Shown here: positions 1 through 12,921 of the stretch, piece after piece
Layout: every line of letters begins with the position of its first letter
How positions within the stretch are numbered: position 1 is the first letter of the stretch
DNA from: Selaginella moellendorffii
Taxonomy: Eukaryota > Plantae > Lycopodiophyta
DNA length: 64,000 bases
Direction: 5' to 3'
Assembly (NCBI RefSeq): GCF_000143415.4
Contig: NW_003314261.1
Coordinates: 1,502,117 to 1,566,116 of the forward strand
Notes under the pieces: generated by a model
What the model was told of the DNA's origin: nothing
Database searches by the model: none
Seen by the model: the letters and a program-made list of their open reading frames with translations, nothing else
Translations under genes and position numbers: made by a program

Positions 1-824
1 ATTCCAATCCACTTTGCGGAAGCGTGCAAAGCGTGTGGTAGGCACAAGAGTTAACGGCCCATACTTGCCGATCCTGAGTCAAATCTAACGTAAGCTGTAT
101 TTTCAGAATGTTCTACAAGAAACTTCTACCAATTCTTAATAGTGCCCTAGGTCTACGCTTACCCTTAACATTAAGGGCCAAATTTTAGGAAGTTTGAACC
201 ATTAGGCTCAAAACCATTTCCATAAATTTAACAGTGAGTATTGATAATGTATCATTACCTTTAAAAAGTAATTATTTGTGTTAGCAGCATTGCCATTGAC
301 CTCTCCTCTCTTTAGAAAAGTGCTCTAGTCAACTCTTGGACTCTCTCTCTCGATGACCAATCTCTGCGCTGCACTGGAGCTGTGCCTTGAGAAATTATGG
401 GAGCATTCCTGGGAATTCCACACAAATTGTGAGGTTTCAGAGCCTGGGAGATCACAGAGCTCCAAGAGGGAGAGAGATTCGCTGTCGGACAGGTTGCTTT
501 AGACAGCGCGTTGGCAAGAATGGAGTGGTGATTCGCGCTGTGTTGCTCATGCTAAGCTCCGGAACCCGCAAGCAATGGTTCTTGGCTGCATGCTAAGTAA
601 AAGCAAAGGCTGGATGAAATCGGTGAATTATAGAATACGTTAATAGTTCTTTCAGGTAAGCTCGAAATCTTCCATTCTTATGGTCTTTTGCGCATGGTCT
701 GTGATCTTCACGTTCGTCCAAAGAAAAGGACCCGATCATGTCCATCGCTTTGTACAAAATGCTGATAGCCTGCGAAGAACAAAGTCAGGACTATCTTACG
801 CGAATGGAGAAATGGCGGGCGCAC

Positions 825-1961
825 CTAGCCTCCATAACGATCACGGAGATGTTCCGGAGGCTGTTCTTTCATTATACCCGGATGAGCGTCCAAGTACTCT
901 CGTATTCTTGTTCTTCGGTCCCCGAGGTAAGTGTGGTCTAAGAAGCTTTCGAATGCATCCTGCCCAAGATTTTTCGCTGCTAGAACACTGGCACCAACGA
1001 AATGTAAGAAATGAGAAAAGAGACTGCTCATACCAATGATGAAGATAGAGTCGGCAAGGGAGTATGTCATCACGCCATATCTGCTGGATTCCATGCTTTC
1101 CATAGCGTTCGTAGAAGACGTCCTTGTTTCCTACAATCCAGTGTCGCATGTTTCGTTTCAGAAAGGTGTCCCAACAGGTAACTGTCACCTTGGCAGCGAA
1201 TGGACAAGTATTCCTCGTCGCTGTACTTGGCACAAATCACCTGGTTGCTCAAATAAGCTCAGGGATCTTCCAGATACCGTCAGAATACTCACAGCCTTAC
1301 AGAGATGAATCGCATTTTCTTCAGAAGAGTTGACAACGGCCACCTAAAGAGAGAAAAACAAATACGTAAAACAAAGGCCGGTTGAATCACCCGAGACTTA
1401 CTTCGAGAAACCGAAACTCGTGTTCCCGCTGTATGAAAGCCGGAACCTGCAATAAGAAAAAAAGAAAACGAACTCACAGAGATCCGAAACGAATGTCTAC
1501 CTCAAGCAGAGAGATTTCGAAGACAGTGACGACTATGGACTCCCCAATGCATGGCTCCACGCTCAAGCTCGACATTTCCTGTGAGGAACAAATATAACCA
1601 GCAAAAGTTGTGAAGAAAGAAAAACGTTATCGAAAAAAGTTCTACGTAGATAGTGTTTCCTACCTTTGTTTCAACATTCGCGATGCCGCGTTCCAGAAAT
1701 ATTGGAGCGATGTGCGCAAAGATCCGTCGAAAGTTTTTGACGACTCCAGGTCGGAAATTGAGAAGCCTGGGAAACGTGGAGCGAGCACTCTTTTCTAAAC
1801 GCACAGCTCAAAGTTAGATAAAAAGAAAAGGAATGAAAGAATGACTTACCAGAAAGAAGGGAACCAAAGCCACAGATTGAGACCAATCCATTGCTTGAAA
1901 TGGCCGCGAAATCCGACGCATTCTCGAGCTCTCTGGAGAATGGAGCAGCATTTGCATCCAT
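825..1961 (-). CDS. Conserved plant protein with GGCT/ChaC/AIG2-like fold (multi-exon)
   Basis: Splicing minus-strand ORF pieces at GT-AG sites gives MDANAAPF...ICGFGSLLSEKSARSTFP...FRRIFAHIAPIFLERGIANVETK/EMSSLSVEPC.../...IWRDDILPCRLYLHH/...FLDHTYLGDRRTRIREYL...DRYGG*. The GFGSL motif is typical of gamma-glutamylcyclotransferase-like folds. An extra upstream exon (~2020-2060) is possible. Confidence 0.75.
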
Positions 1962-2481
1962 CCCTGGAAATCTATGAACACCCTGACGATCGCAATGCGC
2001 AGCAAGGGAAAGAAACGTATTACCGGACTTGAGCGCCGATCTAGATCCCCTCCGCCATGGCCGCTGATGGAAATTGATGCTAGCCCTCTGGGATCTAAGG
2101 ATCAAGACGCACCTCAGAGAAATCCCTAGAATGAAACAAACAAACCCTGCGGAGAGCGCGAAACCACGAAGAACAAGAACATCCATAGGTTTTGCTTAAA
2201 GCTTATTACTTAGTATAACAAATACATTTAAATCATTTTTAATTAGTTTAATGAGGAATAACTTGGACGGTCAGGATGGAGCCAGGCCGACGGATTCTCC
2301 GGGACGAATGAGCAGCGCTACTAATCGCATGACACTCTTATATAGGGTTTGAGGCGAGCAAGCTAAGCAAAGCGTGTTCTTGGCGTCCATTCTTCCACAG
2401 GTAAGCTCCATTCTTCCATTTCCTGTGGCTTTTTGCGAGCAATGCATGTTGGCTGTGCGTAGATCGATCCAAGTTCCAACC

Positions 2482-4257
2482 ATGGCCGCAATTGCGGGAG
2501 CAGCGTCCGTGGCAGCGCCTTCTTTCGAAGAGATTTCGCGAAAATCTCGATTCCTGGGAGATGGCGTCCCATCCGCGGCAGCAGCGGCGCCGTCGGCCAG
2601 GCCGTCGAGGAGATCTCGCAGGAGCTTGCGCGTCCAGGCCAAAATCCGGGAGATCTTCATGCCGGCGCTCAGCTCCACCATGACCGAGGGGAAGATTGTG
2701 TCGTGGATGAAGGCCGAGGGCGACAAGCTGAGCAAAGGCGAGAGCGTTGTGGTGGTGGAATCGGACAAGGCCGACATGGACGTGGAGACGTTCTACGATG
2801 GCTACTTGGCCTCCATCGTTGTGGGAGAGGGAGAAGTGGCTCCCGTGGGCGCTGCGATTGGAATTCTCGCCGAGAGCTTGGACGAAGTTGCCGAAGCAAA
2901 GGCGAAGTTTGCAGCGTCGTCTGGAAGTGCTCCTCCTCCTGCTCCGCCTCCAGCAGCGATTGATTCCATTGCTCCCGCTGCTCCAGTCTCGTCGCCACCA
3001 CCGCCGCCGCCGCCACCCTCGGCAGCTCCAGCTCCTGCTGTGGCTGCTGCCACTCCTGTGGTTTCATCTCATCCTGCGTCGCAAGGAGGAACGAGGATAG
3101 TGGCTACGCCATACGCGAAGAAGCTTGCCAAGGAACTCAAGGTGGATCTGGCTGCTGTCGCTGGAACTGGTCCCTCGGGCAGGATCACTGGAGCTGATGT
3201 CGAAGCATCCACTGGAAAAGCTCCTGTTACAGCAGCTGCTGTCACTGCCGCTCCGGTGACCGCCGCTCCTTCTCCAGTTTCGTCGGCTCCAGCGGCTGCT
3301 CCAGCCCCAGTTCCGCTGGGATCGACCGTTCCTTTCACTGGCATGCAAGCGGCAGTCTCCAAGAATATGGTGGAGAGCCTCTCAGTTCCAACTTTCAGAG
3401 TGGGATACACGATCACCACCGACGCTCTCGACGCGCTCTACAAGAAGGTAAGCCATAGTTTCGACTCGATGCTTTTTGTGACTGTTGTTTTGTAGATCAA
3501 ATCCAAGGGAGTGACCATGTCCGCTCTCTTGGCCAAGGCCGTGGCTTTGGCGGTAGCACAGCACCCCGTGATGAACGCTAGCTGCAAGGATGGGAAGAGC
3601 TTCACGTACAACGCCAGCATCAACATCGCCGTTGCAGTAGCGATTGACGGCGGACTTATCACCCCCGTTCTGCAAGACGCCGACAAGGTACGCAAAAATC
3701 TTTCTATTCCTCGTTTTCGAGTTCATAGTCTTGTGTGTTGGTGGTGCAGCTGGATATCTACAGTCTATCACGGAAGTGGAAAGAGCTCGTTGACAAGGCT
3801 CGCGCGAAACAACTCCAGCCCAGCGAGTACAACTCAGGTTGGTGTTGACAAACTAGTGACTTTGACAACTTTCTTTGATGATTTCGACAGGAACTTTCAC
3901 TTTGTCAAACCTGGGGATGTTTGGCGTTGATAGGTTTGACGCGATTCTCCCACCCGGCACGGTAAGTTCTTCCTTGGATCAACAATCCCTGATTCATCTC
4001 GAAACTTTCCCAGGGAGCGATTATGGCTGTGGGAGCTTCTGCTCCAACTGTTGTGGCAACTTCAGATGGTCTCTTTGGAATCAAGAACCAAATGCAGGTT
4101 TGTATCTTAGGTTTTAGAAACTTTAGCAGTCTTGATCGAATCTTTCGCACAGGTGAACATCACTGCGGATCACAGGATCATCTATGGCGCGGACGTAGCA
4201 GCATTTTTGCAGACACTAGCGAAGATCATCGAGAACCCCAAGGATCTGACTCTATAA
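2482..4257 (+). CDS. LTA2: Plastid pyruvate dehydrogenase E2, dihydrolipoamide acetyltransferase
   Basis: Transit peptide, lipoyl domain (IFMPALSSTMTEGKIVSW...ESDKADMDVE), Pro/Ala linker, E3-binding domain (ATPYAKKLAKE...GPSGRI), catalytic TADHRIIYGA. Short GT-AG introns; probable 5'UTR intron 2401-2462. Confidence 0.95.
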
Positions 4258-4488
4258 ATTCTCTAAAGAGTTTTTTTTTTTGTTTTTTGATGCTCGCTGC
4301 TAAAAACCCAAAAGAATAAGAAATCGTTTTTACCATAATTTGTTTTTTTGCATTGAGTTTATCCAGTGCTGGCATGTCATGTGGCAACTACCAGGTAAGG
4401 ATATTCTGTTAAGTGTGACGGAATATTTTCTCAGGGTTTGGTATAAAGGGTTTGCTTTTCCACATGTGAGGAACATTGTTTTTGAGCT

Positions 4489-7400
4489 ATGGCGATGGCG
4501 CCGGCGATTGTCTCAGGCGCCATTCCCAGTGCCTCGCCGGATGCTCCTAGGGTCTGTCATCGAGGCGATGCCGCGGCCGCGTCTTGCAGCGATCGGGCGC
4601 CCCCGCATTGCGTGAATCTGGCTAGGGGTTGGCATTGCAGGGGTAAGATTTCTTGGTGGAGGCATTGCAATGGCGGTGATCCCGTCGTCTCGTGCCGCGC
4701 GATGGAGACGAGCACGTCCAGTTACAGCTCGTCGGAGAGCGTGGATGTGAAGAAATTGGCAGGGTCGCCCAAGCGAGGGAGACCCCTTCCTTTCGGCGCT
4801 ACGCCCGTGGAAGGGGGTGTAAATTTCTCTGTGCATTCTAGCGGCGCGATCGCTGTGTCCTTGTGTTTGTTCACCGAGGAAGATTTGCAAAAGGTATGGG
4901 CATTGCTCTTGTGCTTCCATCGACTTGGTTTTTACTCTTTTTGTTTGCAGGGCCGAGTTAGTAAAGAATTTCCTCTCCATCCAGTTTTTAACAGGACTGG
5001 AGATGTGTGGCATGTCTATCTCCCAGACGTATGTCCAAATTTGCTGTATGGATACCGGCTAAATGGGAAATTCAGTCTGGAGGAGGGGTGCTGCTACGAT
5101 TTGTCTCGAATTCTTGTAGATCCTTATGCTAAGGTAAGGAATGAAGAGATGAATAGATTTGACAGGAGTTTTTTGGTGCTGCAGGCTGTAGTTAGTCGGG
5201 GAAAATACGGAGCTTTAGGACCTGGAAACAGCTGCTGGCCTCAGATGGCCGGGATGGTTCCGCAGTTAAACGACGAGGTAGAGTTTGCCAAATCTTGCAT
5301 TGTTCTACAAGCTTTCTGTTTTGTTTCAGTTTGATTGGCAAGGGGATTCGCCTCCGCGTCACAAACAAAAGGATCTTATAATATATGAGCTTCATATGCG
5401 TGGTTTTACGCAGCATCCATCAAGTAATGTGGATTTTCCTGGGACATACCTCGGAGCCCTGGAGAAGCTGCCACATTTGAAGGTATATGGTTGTTTGAGA
5501 AGGTTTCAAGGACTAACATGGGGATGCTACAGGACTTGGGTATCAACGCGATAGAACTGATGCCGATTCACGAGTTTAATGAGCTAGAATACTATTCGTA
5601 CAATCCCGTGATGGGTGATCACAAGTAAGTTGTTGCATTGCTTCATTACCTTATAGTGATGCAGTTCGTTTGCCTCTCAGGATGAACTACTGGGGCTACT
5701 CGACCATCAATTTCTTTTCTCCAATGACGAGATATGCTTCGTCTGGAATACAAAACTGTGGTCGTGATGCGATTAAAGAGTTTAAAACTTTTGTAAGGGA
5801 GGCGCACAAGCTTGGCATAGAGGTATATGCATTGTCCGTGGATTTTGTACTGACCGAGATACTTCACAGGTTTTTATGGATGTAGTTTTCAATCATACTG
5901 CTGAAGGAAATGAAATGGGACCGATTATTTCTTTTCGGGGATTGGATAACCGTGTCTATTACATGACTGCGCCCAAGGTTGATAGTTACACCTTCTATAA
6001 AACAAACTGGGTTTACTTGTTTCTATAGGGAGAATTCTATAATTATTCTGGATGCGGGAACACATTCAATTGCAACCATCCTGTGGTCAGGCGATTTATT
6101 GTTGATTGTCTGAGGTATTTGATGGTTTGAACGACGTGAATCACAAAGTAACAAATCTAAATGTTTTAGGTACTGGGTGCTGGAGATGCACATTGATGGT
6201 TTTCGTTTTGATCTAGCGTCCATACTAACCCGCGCAAGTAGGTACGTCCCAATCTTGATGTTTTCAGGAGAATCTAACCTTTGTCAAATCTCCTCTAGTC
6301 TTTGGGATAAAGCAAATGTTTTTGGCACTAGCGAGGACGTGGATGGAGATTCTGTGACAACAGGCACGCCACTGAGTGAACCTCCACTTATCGATATGAT
6401 AAGTAACGATCCCGTTCTGAGAGGAGTGAAGGTCCGTGCTTGTAATTTTCATTGTACACTTTCTCAACAGCTTTTTGTACCGGCAGCTAATTGCTGAAGC
6501 ATGGGATTCAGGAGGTCTTTATCAAGTGGGAAATTTTCCTCACTGGGGAATCTGGTCTGAATGGAATGGACAGGTGATTTCCCTGGTTTTCTTACATGCG
6601 TTTCCACATTTTTCATTTCAGTATCGAGATACTGTGCGCCTTTTTATCAAAGGAACTGATGGATTGGCTGGGGCATTCGCACAGTGCTTGTGTGGCTCGC
6701 CGCACTTATATCAGGTACTTGGGAGTCTATAGTTCCCACCATGAAACTCTCTACTTTCAGGACGGAGGCAGAAAACCATGGCACAGCGTCAACTTTGTAA
6801 CTGCTCATGATGGATTTACACTACTTGACCTTGTGTCGTACAACTCGAAGCACAACATAGCGAACGGGGAGAGCAACAACGATGGGGAAACTCATAACAA
6901 CAGTTGGAATTGCGGAGAGGTAGGGATGGTGGCAAATGCGAAACATTGCAATAACGGACGGTTTTCCATGGCAGGAAGGCGAGCTCGTTAGCATTCGTGT
7001 GCGCCGCCTAAGGCACAGGCAGCTGAGGAATTTTCTGGTAGCTCTTATGGTCTCTCAGGTAAGCTAAAGTGGCTGCTTCCTTCCAACGCCAAACAAGCTG
7101 CTTCACAGGGTGTACCTATGGTAACAATGGGCGATGAGTACGCACATACAAAAGGAGGGAACAACAACACGTACTGCCACGACAATGCTGTAAGAATTCC
7201 ATCCATTGTTTCCACTCCCGGTGTTAACGAGTTTGTGCAAAAGATGTGCTTCGTGTAGATAAACTATTTCAGGTGGGATAAATTGCGAACGGATCCAACC
7301 GGTCTCTTCCGGTTCTCACGCCATCTGTTCAACTTTAGAAGGCAAGTTAGCGGCATCCATTCTCATATGAGACACTAAACATCTTTCACAGGCAATCCGA

Positions 7401-7827
7401 GTCGCTTGGACTTGGAGATTTCCCAACAGCCGAGCGCCTGGAGTGGCACGGCGTTGTTCCAGAGACTCCAGATTGGTCCGAAACCAGCCGTTTCGTCGCA
7501 TTTTCACTGGTAGGCTCTCTTAAGTTCTCATACTTCCTTACACAGCTATTGACATTCTCGCAGGTGGATGCGAAGAAGCGAGAGCTTTACATTGCATTTA
7601 ACACGAGCCATCTGCCAGTGCTGGTCACTCTCCCGGAAAGGCCAGGCTTCAAATGGCAGCCAGTGGTAGACTCGAGCAAGCCCGCCCCTTACGACTTTCT
7701 AGCCGACGACATCCCCGATTTGGCAACAGCATACGCGCAGTACAGCCCGCTTCTCAACGCTCAAATCTATCCTATGATAAGTTACAGCTCTGTCATCCTC
7801 GTCCTTGTCCCGCTCAACGAGGATTGA
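4489..7827 (+). CDS. ISA1: Isoamylase 1 (GH13 starch debranching enzyme), multi-exon
   Basis: [83 protein letters not shown] motifs across ~18 exons; one probable GC-AG intron at ~7342. Confidence 0.95.
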
Positions 7828-8027
7828 GAGAGAGAGAGCTTCATCGACTGTAAATTCCAGTTTCTCCAGCGTCAAGCAACCGTGTAGATAGAGAGAAGTT
7901 CCTGTCAATAAGAAATCCCGGAATAAGTGGAGCTTAGATTTCGCAGGAAGAGGAAAACTAGGAAAAAAAAAGCTTGGAAGTGTTCTTACCGTACAAATGG
8001 TTTTCTAGAGTTTCTTCCAAGAGTTTG

Positions 8028-9771
8028 TCAGCGCAAGCACCCCTCCCGCGGCTGCAAGATTTGCTAAACCGCATGTGTAAAGGATGGTGCTATTATCCCA
8101 TGCCTGACGGATTGAGCCCTGCAAAAGCACCAAAGACTTGTAAAGGAAATATCGATAGGATAAAACCTTTCACCCACCTGAGTTAGAAAAAGAATGAGTG
8201 CCAAGTCAGTTGGAACACGGTAAATGGCATAAACTCCTGCTCGACGAGAACTGGAGATATATCTACACAGAGAATAGCAAGAGGTTTTCGCCACGTAAGA
8301 CGATCTCGAGAACTACTTACGAGGCTCGAAAGCAAGCTAGCAAAGGCGTAGCTATCCCGACGCATATGTGAAACACACAGAACGTCGCCACCAACACTGG
8401 AATCTCCTGCAACGCAGAGCAAAAGCTTAGCCACTGCGGAAAATGGAAACATATTAAAGTTTCTACCTGGTAATCGTAGGCCGGGACTAATAAGCAGATA
8501 CTTGCAATAGCCAGCACAAGAGCAAGAGATCTCTCAGGTGTGAGCAACGGGAAGGATGAAAGGAAAGCAGCAATACTAGTCCCCACCATAACAGAGGCCA
8601 TCAAGCAAGCATATATCGATCCAACATAAATCTCTCGACCATCGGCCTGTAAAATAAACTGTTTTTCTCCTACAACAAAGCGAAAAAGGAAAACCAAAAC
8701 ACATACCACTATCGTCGGCACCCAGAGAAGCCAGAAAACGGCCACTGATACGTCAAAAACTCCTTGTACGAGTCCCAAAGTCACGACTTTTTTGTCTGCG
8801 TAAGAAAAGTGTCTCGAATAAGAAAAAAAACAAACAAGCGAAAAACCACTGACCGCGAAATGGAAGGAGCAACGGCTTGGAGATTTTTCCTTGACTCTCC
8901 TCACCCCAGTTCTCATCCCAGGATCTCGAAACGAAAAGAAAAAGAATAACTGCGGCACCGGCGGAGAGAACAGATGGTGCTCCTAGCTTCCAACCCAAGT
9001 TGGTGACGAAAAAGTTTGCAACAGCGGTGGTACCAAGTGAAGCGATAGCTCCGCCAAAACTCATCATCAGGAACGTTTCCACCATCCATTCTTGACGAAA
9101 ACCATGCTGAAACGAGACGTTAAAGACAGTCTAGTTTTGAGTTTTACAGTTTACAGTACCCTTTCATGCTCTGAGATCATCCATGTCTCAAAAACGCAAG
9201 GCAGCACCGACGAGGCCAACCCGTTGAAAATCCTCGCAAGGCAAAGAGCGTAGAGGTGTCCCCATTGCTTTAGAACAGACTCAATCACCGTAAAGACCGC
9301 ATACGCAAGGCATACTTGCTTTCGTCCTCTGGCAGCAAAAACTATTCTCCTCTAATCCGGAAGAAAAATAAAAAATCGACAAAAGCTTACAAGGAATCCG
9401 CTGAAACTGCCACAATTGTCCCTACAAAAATTGCTGCTGCGTGACCAAACAGGAGAAGACGAGCTATTTCCTTTCTCTGCAATCCATAGCTCTTGTACAG
9501 AGCTTCTACATACACATTTTGGAAACCATGGGCCACTGCAAAAGAAACATCGATTACTTGCTTCATCCTTTGCTCGCAGAAAGATTGGAAATTTACCTAA
9601 AGCCAGCAAGAAAACTTGAAAAAACCTCCTCTGGAACGCAACGAATGTAGGTGAAAGGCGAGGCGCGGCGCCATATTTCCTGGCGATCGAAGCCCGCAGC
9701 GCTAGAGCACATCCCGATCCGGCGATCAAGCACGGATAGAGCCACTCGGGCGCGCGCCATCGCTCCTCCAT
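8028..9771 (-). CDS. MFS transporter, MFSD5/DUF791 (molybdate-anion transporter-like) family
   Basis: Multi-exon hydrophobic protein: FVAFQRRFFQVFLLA, FETWMISEH, SWDENWG, IYACLMASVMVGT, RYISSSRRAGVYAIYRVP. 3' end approximate. Confidence 0.75.
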
Positions 9772-9876
9772 ACTAAAGCCCTTCTCAAACCCTAAAATCC
9801 TGAAGAATATTCTCTTCTCTTCACTATGCATTTGAGTTTGAATTGCAACCGTCCACGTGGCAGCTAGAGTTTTACG

Positions 9877-10631
9877 TTAAAAAACGCCCAATGCAGCGAG
9901 TTCCTGCCTTACTCTACTGAGATAAGTCGCATCTGGCTGCAAGAAAATTTACCAAACATCACCTAAGTAAACAAAAGAAAATTCCTTACATATCCGTATG
10001 TGCCTTCGTACTGAGTCTTGTGGTGGATGCCATTCCAGCTGCATTTTAATTATAAGTTTAAATGGTAAGAAAAAAACTCACTTACATTACACAGTTACTT
10101 AAACCTGTGGTAATTGACGTCCCCACAGTGAAAACCAGCTTTCGCTCCCATGCTATCTTCAAGAGCCTCAATATATCTCGCCCTTCTTCATTATCAGGCA
10201 AAAATGCCGTTCGTACAGTCCCTTTGTAGTGATACCCAGGATTGGGATGCTCTGGCCCCTATAATAACAATAATAATAATAATATAATAATAGAAAGAAA
10301 ATGAATAAATAACCTGGATTCCATTTGGGAAGCGGTAATTAATCGTGATAACACCGTGCAATGGAAACCCTGCACAGCTCCAATCGCTCTGCGTCTGTAC
10401 GAACATGGATCCCCGGGGCTGGGTTCCAGTGAAGATCCCGTACGGACGGAGGCAAGTTGGGCAGCTAGGGCGAGAGCGGAACCAAGATGTGACGCATTTG
10501 TGGTGGAAGTGATGGTTGCATCGAGAGAGCTCGACGACGACCTCATCACCTTGGAGCGAGCTGATGCAGATCGGGCACTCTTCATCCGGAGGATCCAAAT
10601 CCACCACCAAGTCCGATTCTTTCCAGCCCAT
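9877..10631 (-). CDS. Minimal Deltex-type E3 ubiquitin ligase (RING-H2 + Deltex C-terminal domain), 4 exons
   Basis: CPIC...CNHHFHHKC...CPTC RING-H2, then GTQPRGSM...ITINYRFPNGIQ/GPEHPNPG..Y.GTVRTAFLPDNEEG...LLKIAWERKLVFTVGTSITTG...VI/WNGIHHKT...GY/PDATYLSRVRQELAALGVF*, which matches the DTC consensus. Introns 10259-10313, ~10039-10085 and ~9939-9989. Confidence 0.9.
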
Positions 10632-10721
10632 TGCCGCAATAGAACCCTAAACAAAAGCTTTTTTACTTACCTTTTAAAAGACTTTAATGGATTTAATTTT
10701 GCTTATGGCAGCTAGAATATA

Positions 10722-12252
10722 CTAGCATATCCCTCCATAAAGCTCTGCCTTCATACGGGGAATTGCAAGAGCTCTGAGAGGCACTCTCCTCCGGAGCGTC
10801 ATCCCAAACTCCTCCTCCATATCCAGCTTTTGCAGTTTTGGTGCTAAAGTCCACTCAAATCCCTGGATCAACCTCGCCAGGGAGAGCTCCACCATGGCCA
10901 ATCCCAAGCCCATCCCTGGGCACATCCTCCGCCCGGATCCAAATGGAAGCAGCTCGAAATGCTGCCCTTTGACATCAATCGCACTCCTTGCAGCAAACCT
11001 GTCCGGATCAAACACCTCCGGACGCTCCCACCACCTTGGGTCCCTCCCGATTGACCACACGTTGACCGTGGCCCTGGTTCTGGCGGGAACGCGGAGTCCG
11101 TTGACCAGACACTCTTGCGTTGACTCGTGCGGGACCAGCAGCGGGACCGGCGGGTGCAAGCGGAAGGTCTCCTTGGCAATCGCTCTAACGTAGCCGAGGT
11201 TGAGGAGATCATCTTCGTTCACGGCTCGGTCAAACCCCACGGCCTGGTCAATCTCGCGCTGGGCTTTGAGCATGCAAGCTGGATTGCGTATGAGTTCTGA
11301 GAGGGCCCACTCCGTGGTGATGGAAGCGGTGTCGACGCCAGCACCAAACATATCCTAGAAGCAAGAAAAGATGATATTTTCTGAAGATCTTAGGACTTTC
11401 ACTCACCATGATCAGGCCCTTTCGATCATTGTCATCTACTTCATCCAGCGAGAGCAGCACATCGACAAGATCTGGAGCTCGTTGTTTCTCCGCATTTACG
11501 CATCTGTGCTCGTCGATGATTGCCTGGAATATCTTGTCAAGTTTGCCCTGCACGGCTTTCATCTTTGGAACAGTGCCCAGATAATCATCCATCCAGCCGA
11601 GATAGGGGAAGTAATCACTGGGAACAAAACCAGTCACAAGACCAATCGCCTCTTGCAAGAGCTCCACAAACGAGGATTCCTCAAACCTCCGGCTGAATGC
11701 CATGAAACTCACCAAGTTCATGTTGGTCATTGATAATTTGGCATTCATGTCAATCGCAACCCTTCCATTGTCACCCTCCCGAGCAATAGAGGTCACAAGA
11801 CGAGAAATCTCTTCCACCCTCAGCTTCTTTGACTCCTCCACCCTCTTGGCAGTGAAGAGCTCCAGAGTACAAACCTTCTTCATTGTCCTCCAGTAAGATC
11901 CATACTCGCACCACACCATATCCCTTGCGTTGAAGAAGATATGCTTGGCAGCAGCAGTCCTTGGCCTGGATGCAAAGAAGATGTCCTGCGTGGAGAGAAT
12001 GGCTTTTGCAGCATCTGGAGAAGAGATTACAAGCGTTGAAACAGAGCCTAGATCGATGCTCATGACAGATCCATATTTCTTGGAGAGACTACAGAGGGAT
12101 TTGTGTGGATGCCTTCCCAGCAAGTGAAGATGGCCCAAGAGTGGGATCGCCAAAGGCCCTGGGGCTACATTTTTCTTGCTGCAAAGCCACCACCATAATA
12201 ATGGGAGTAGCACAATCAAAAGAGCTACAATGAGGGCTGCCATGTCTTCCAT
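10722..12252 (-). CDS. Cytochrome P450, CYP71 clan (A-type), copy 1
   Basis: N-terminal TM, PGP..LPLLGHLH, I-helix AGVDT, ETFR, PERF-like DPDRF, heme PFGSGRRMCPG. Single intron 11355-11406 at the position typical of A-type P450s. Confidence 0.93.
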
Positions 12253-12821
12253 TGGTACGAAAGCTGAATGTTTTTTATGGCACGAAAGTAAGGTGTCCAA
12301 TAAATGGAAAATGACTGATCTTTGCCTTTTGCAACATGGCGAGTTTACCTTCCAAAATGTCAAGCTGGGAAACGCCAACTTGGACTTTGGAGCTCCACTC
12401 CCCAATTACACGTGTGAGGACAAGATTCAAGCAATGGGGGAGGCCACAACCACCACAACCAATAATGTTGGCCGGTGAACGGCGGCAACTATCATCCAAG
12501 CAGCTTATCTCAATACACCAGTCTCATACTTACGAGGGTTTTATACGCAGACAATAAAATGATTCAGTTAAGCTTGGAGAGACGCTTGTCTCAAATTTCC
12601 CACTCTAGCTTCTGGCTCAAATCCCAAATTTACTAATTTGATTAGCGTAAAACCTTGTTCCTGGACTGCTTGAAATCTGGTTCTTCTTGTTACTTCTTCT
12701 GTATCCTCTTGTTTTGTAGCTCAAACACCACTTTGAAGAAGATCGAGAAGGACATATCTTAGGATTAGTCTGCAAGTGAATGATTAAACATAAGAAAATT
12801 ATTTATGTATGCGCTTGATTC

Positions 12822-12875
12822 ATCGTGAAAACCAGCCGTCCTGCCAATCTTCAAGAGCTTCGATATTTTCTCGAT
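12822..12875 (-). pseudogene. Degenerate remnant of a Deltex-C exon
   Basis: gtgaaaaccagc...atcttcaagagc..c.atat..tctcg aligns with 10128-10180 (LLKI...RLVFT) and lies downstream of CYP copy 2, as the intact Deltex gene lies downstream of copy 1. Confidence 0.6.
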
Positions 12876-12921
12876 TAACTTTCAAAGTTACAGATATACG
12901 GATGGGAAACCAAATTACATT

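Noticed and set aside
387-1039. Plus-strand ORFs / possible miRNA hairpin
   Set aside because: No recognisable domain or clear hairpin; the longer ORFs partly overlap the minus-strand GGCT-like gene.
10259-10313. (AAT)n tract read as a hydrophobic YYYIIIII segment in the ORF track
   Set aside because: It is an intron of the Deltex gene (GT...AG), not a transmembrane helix.
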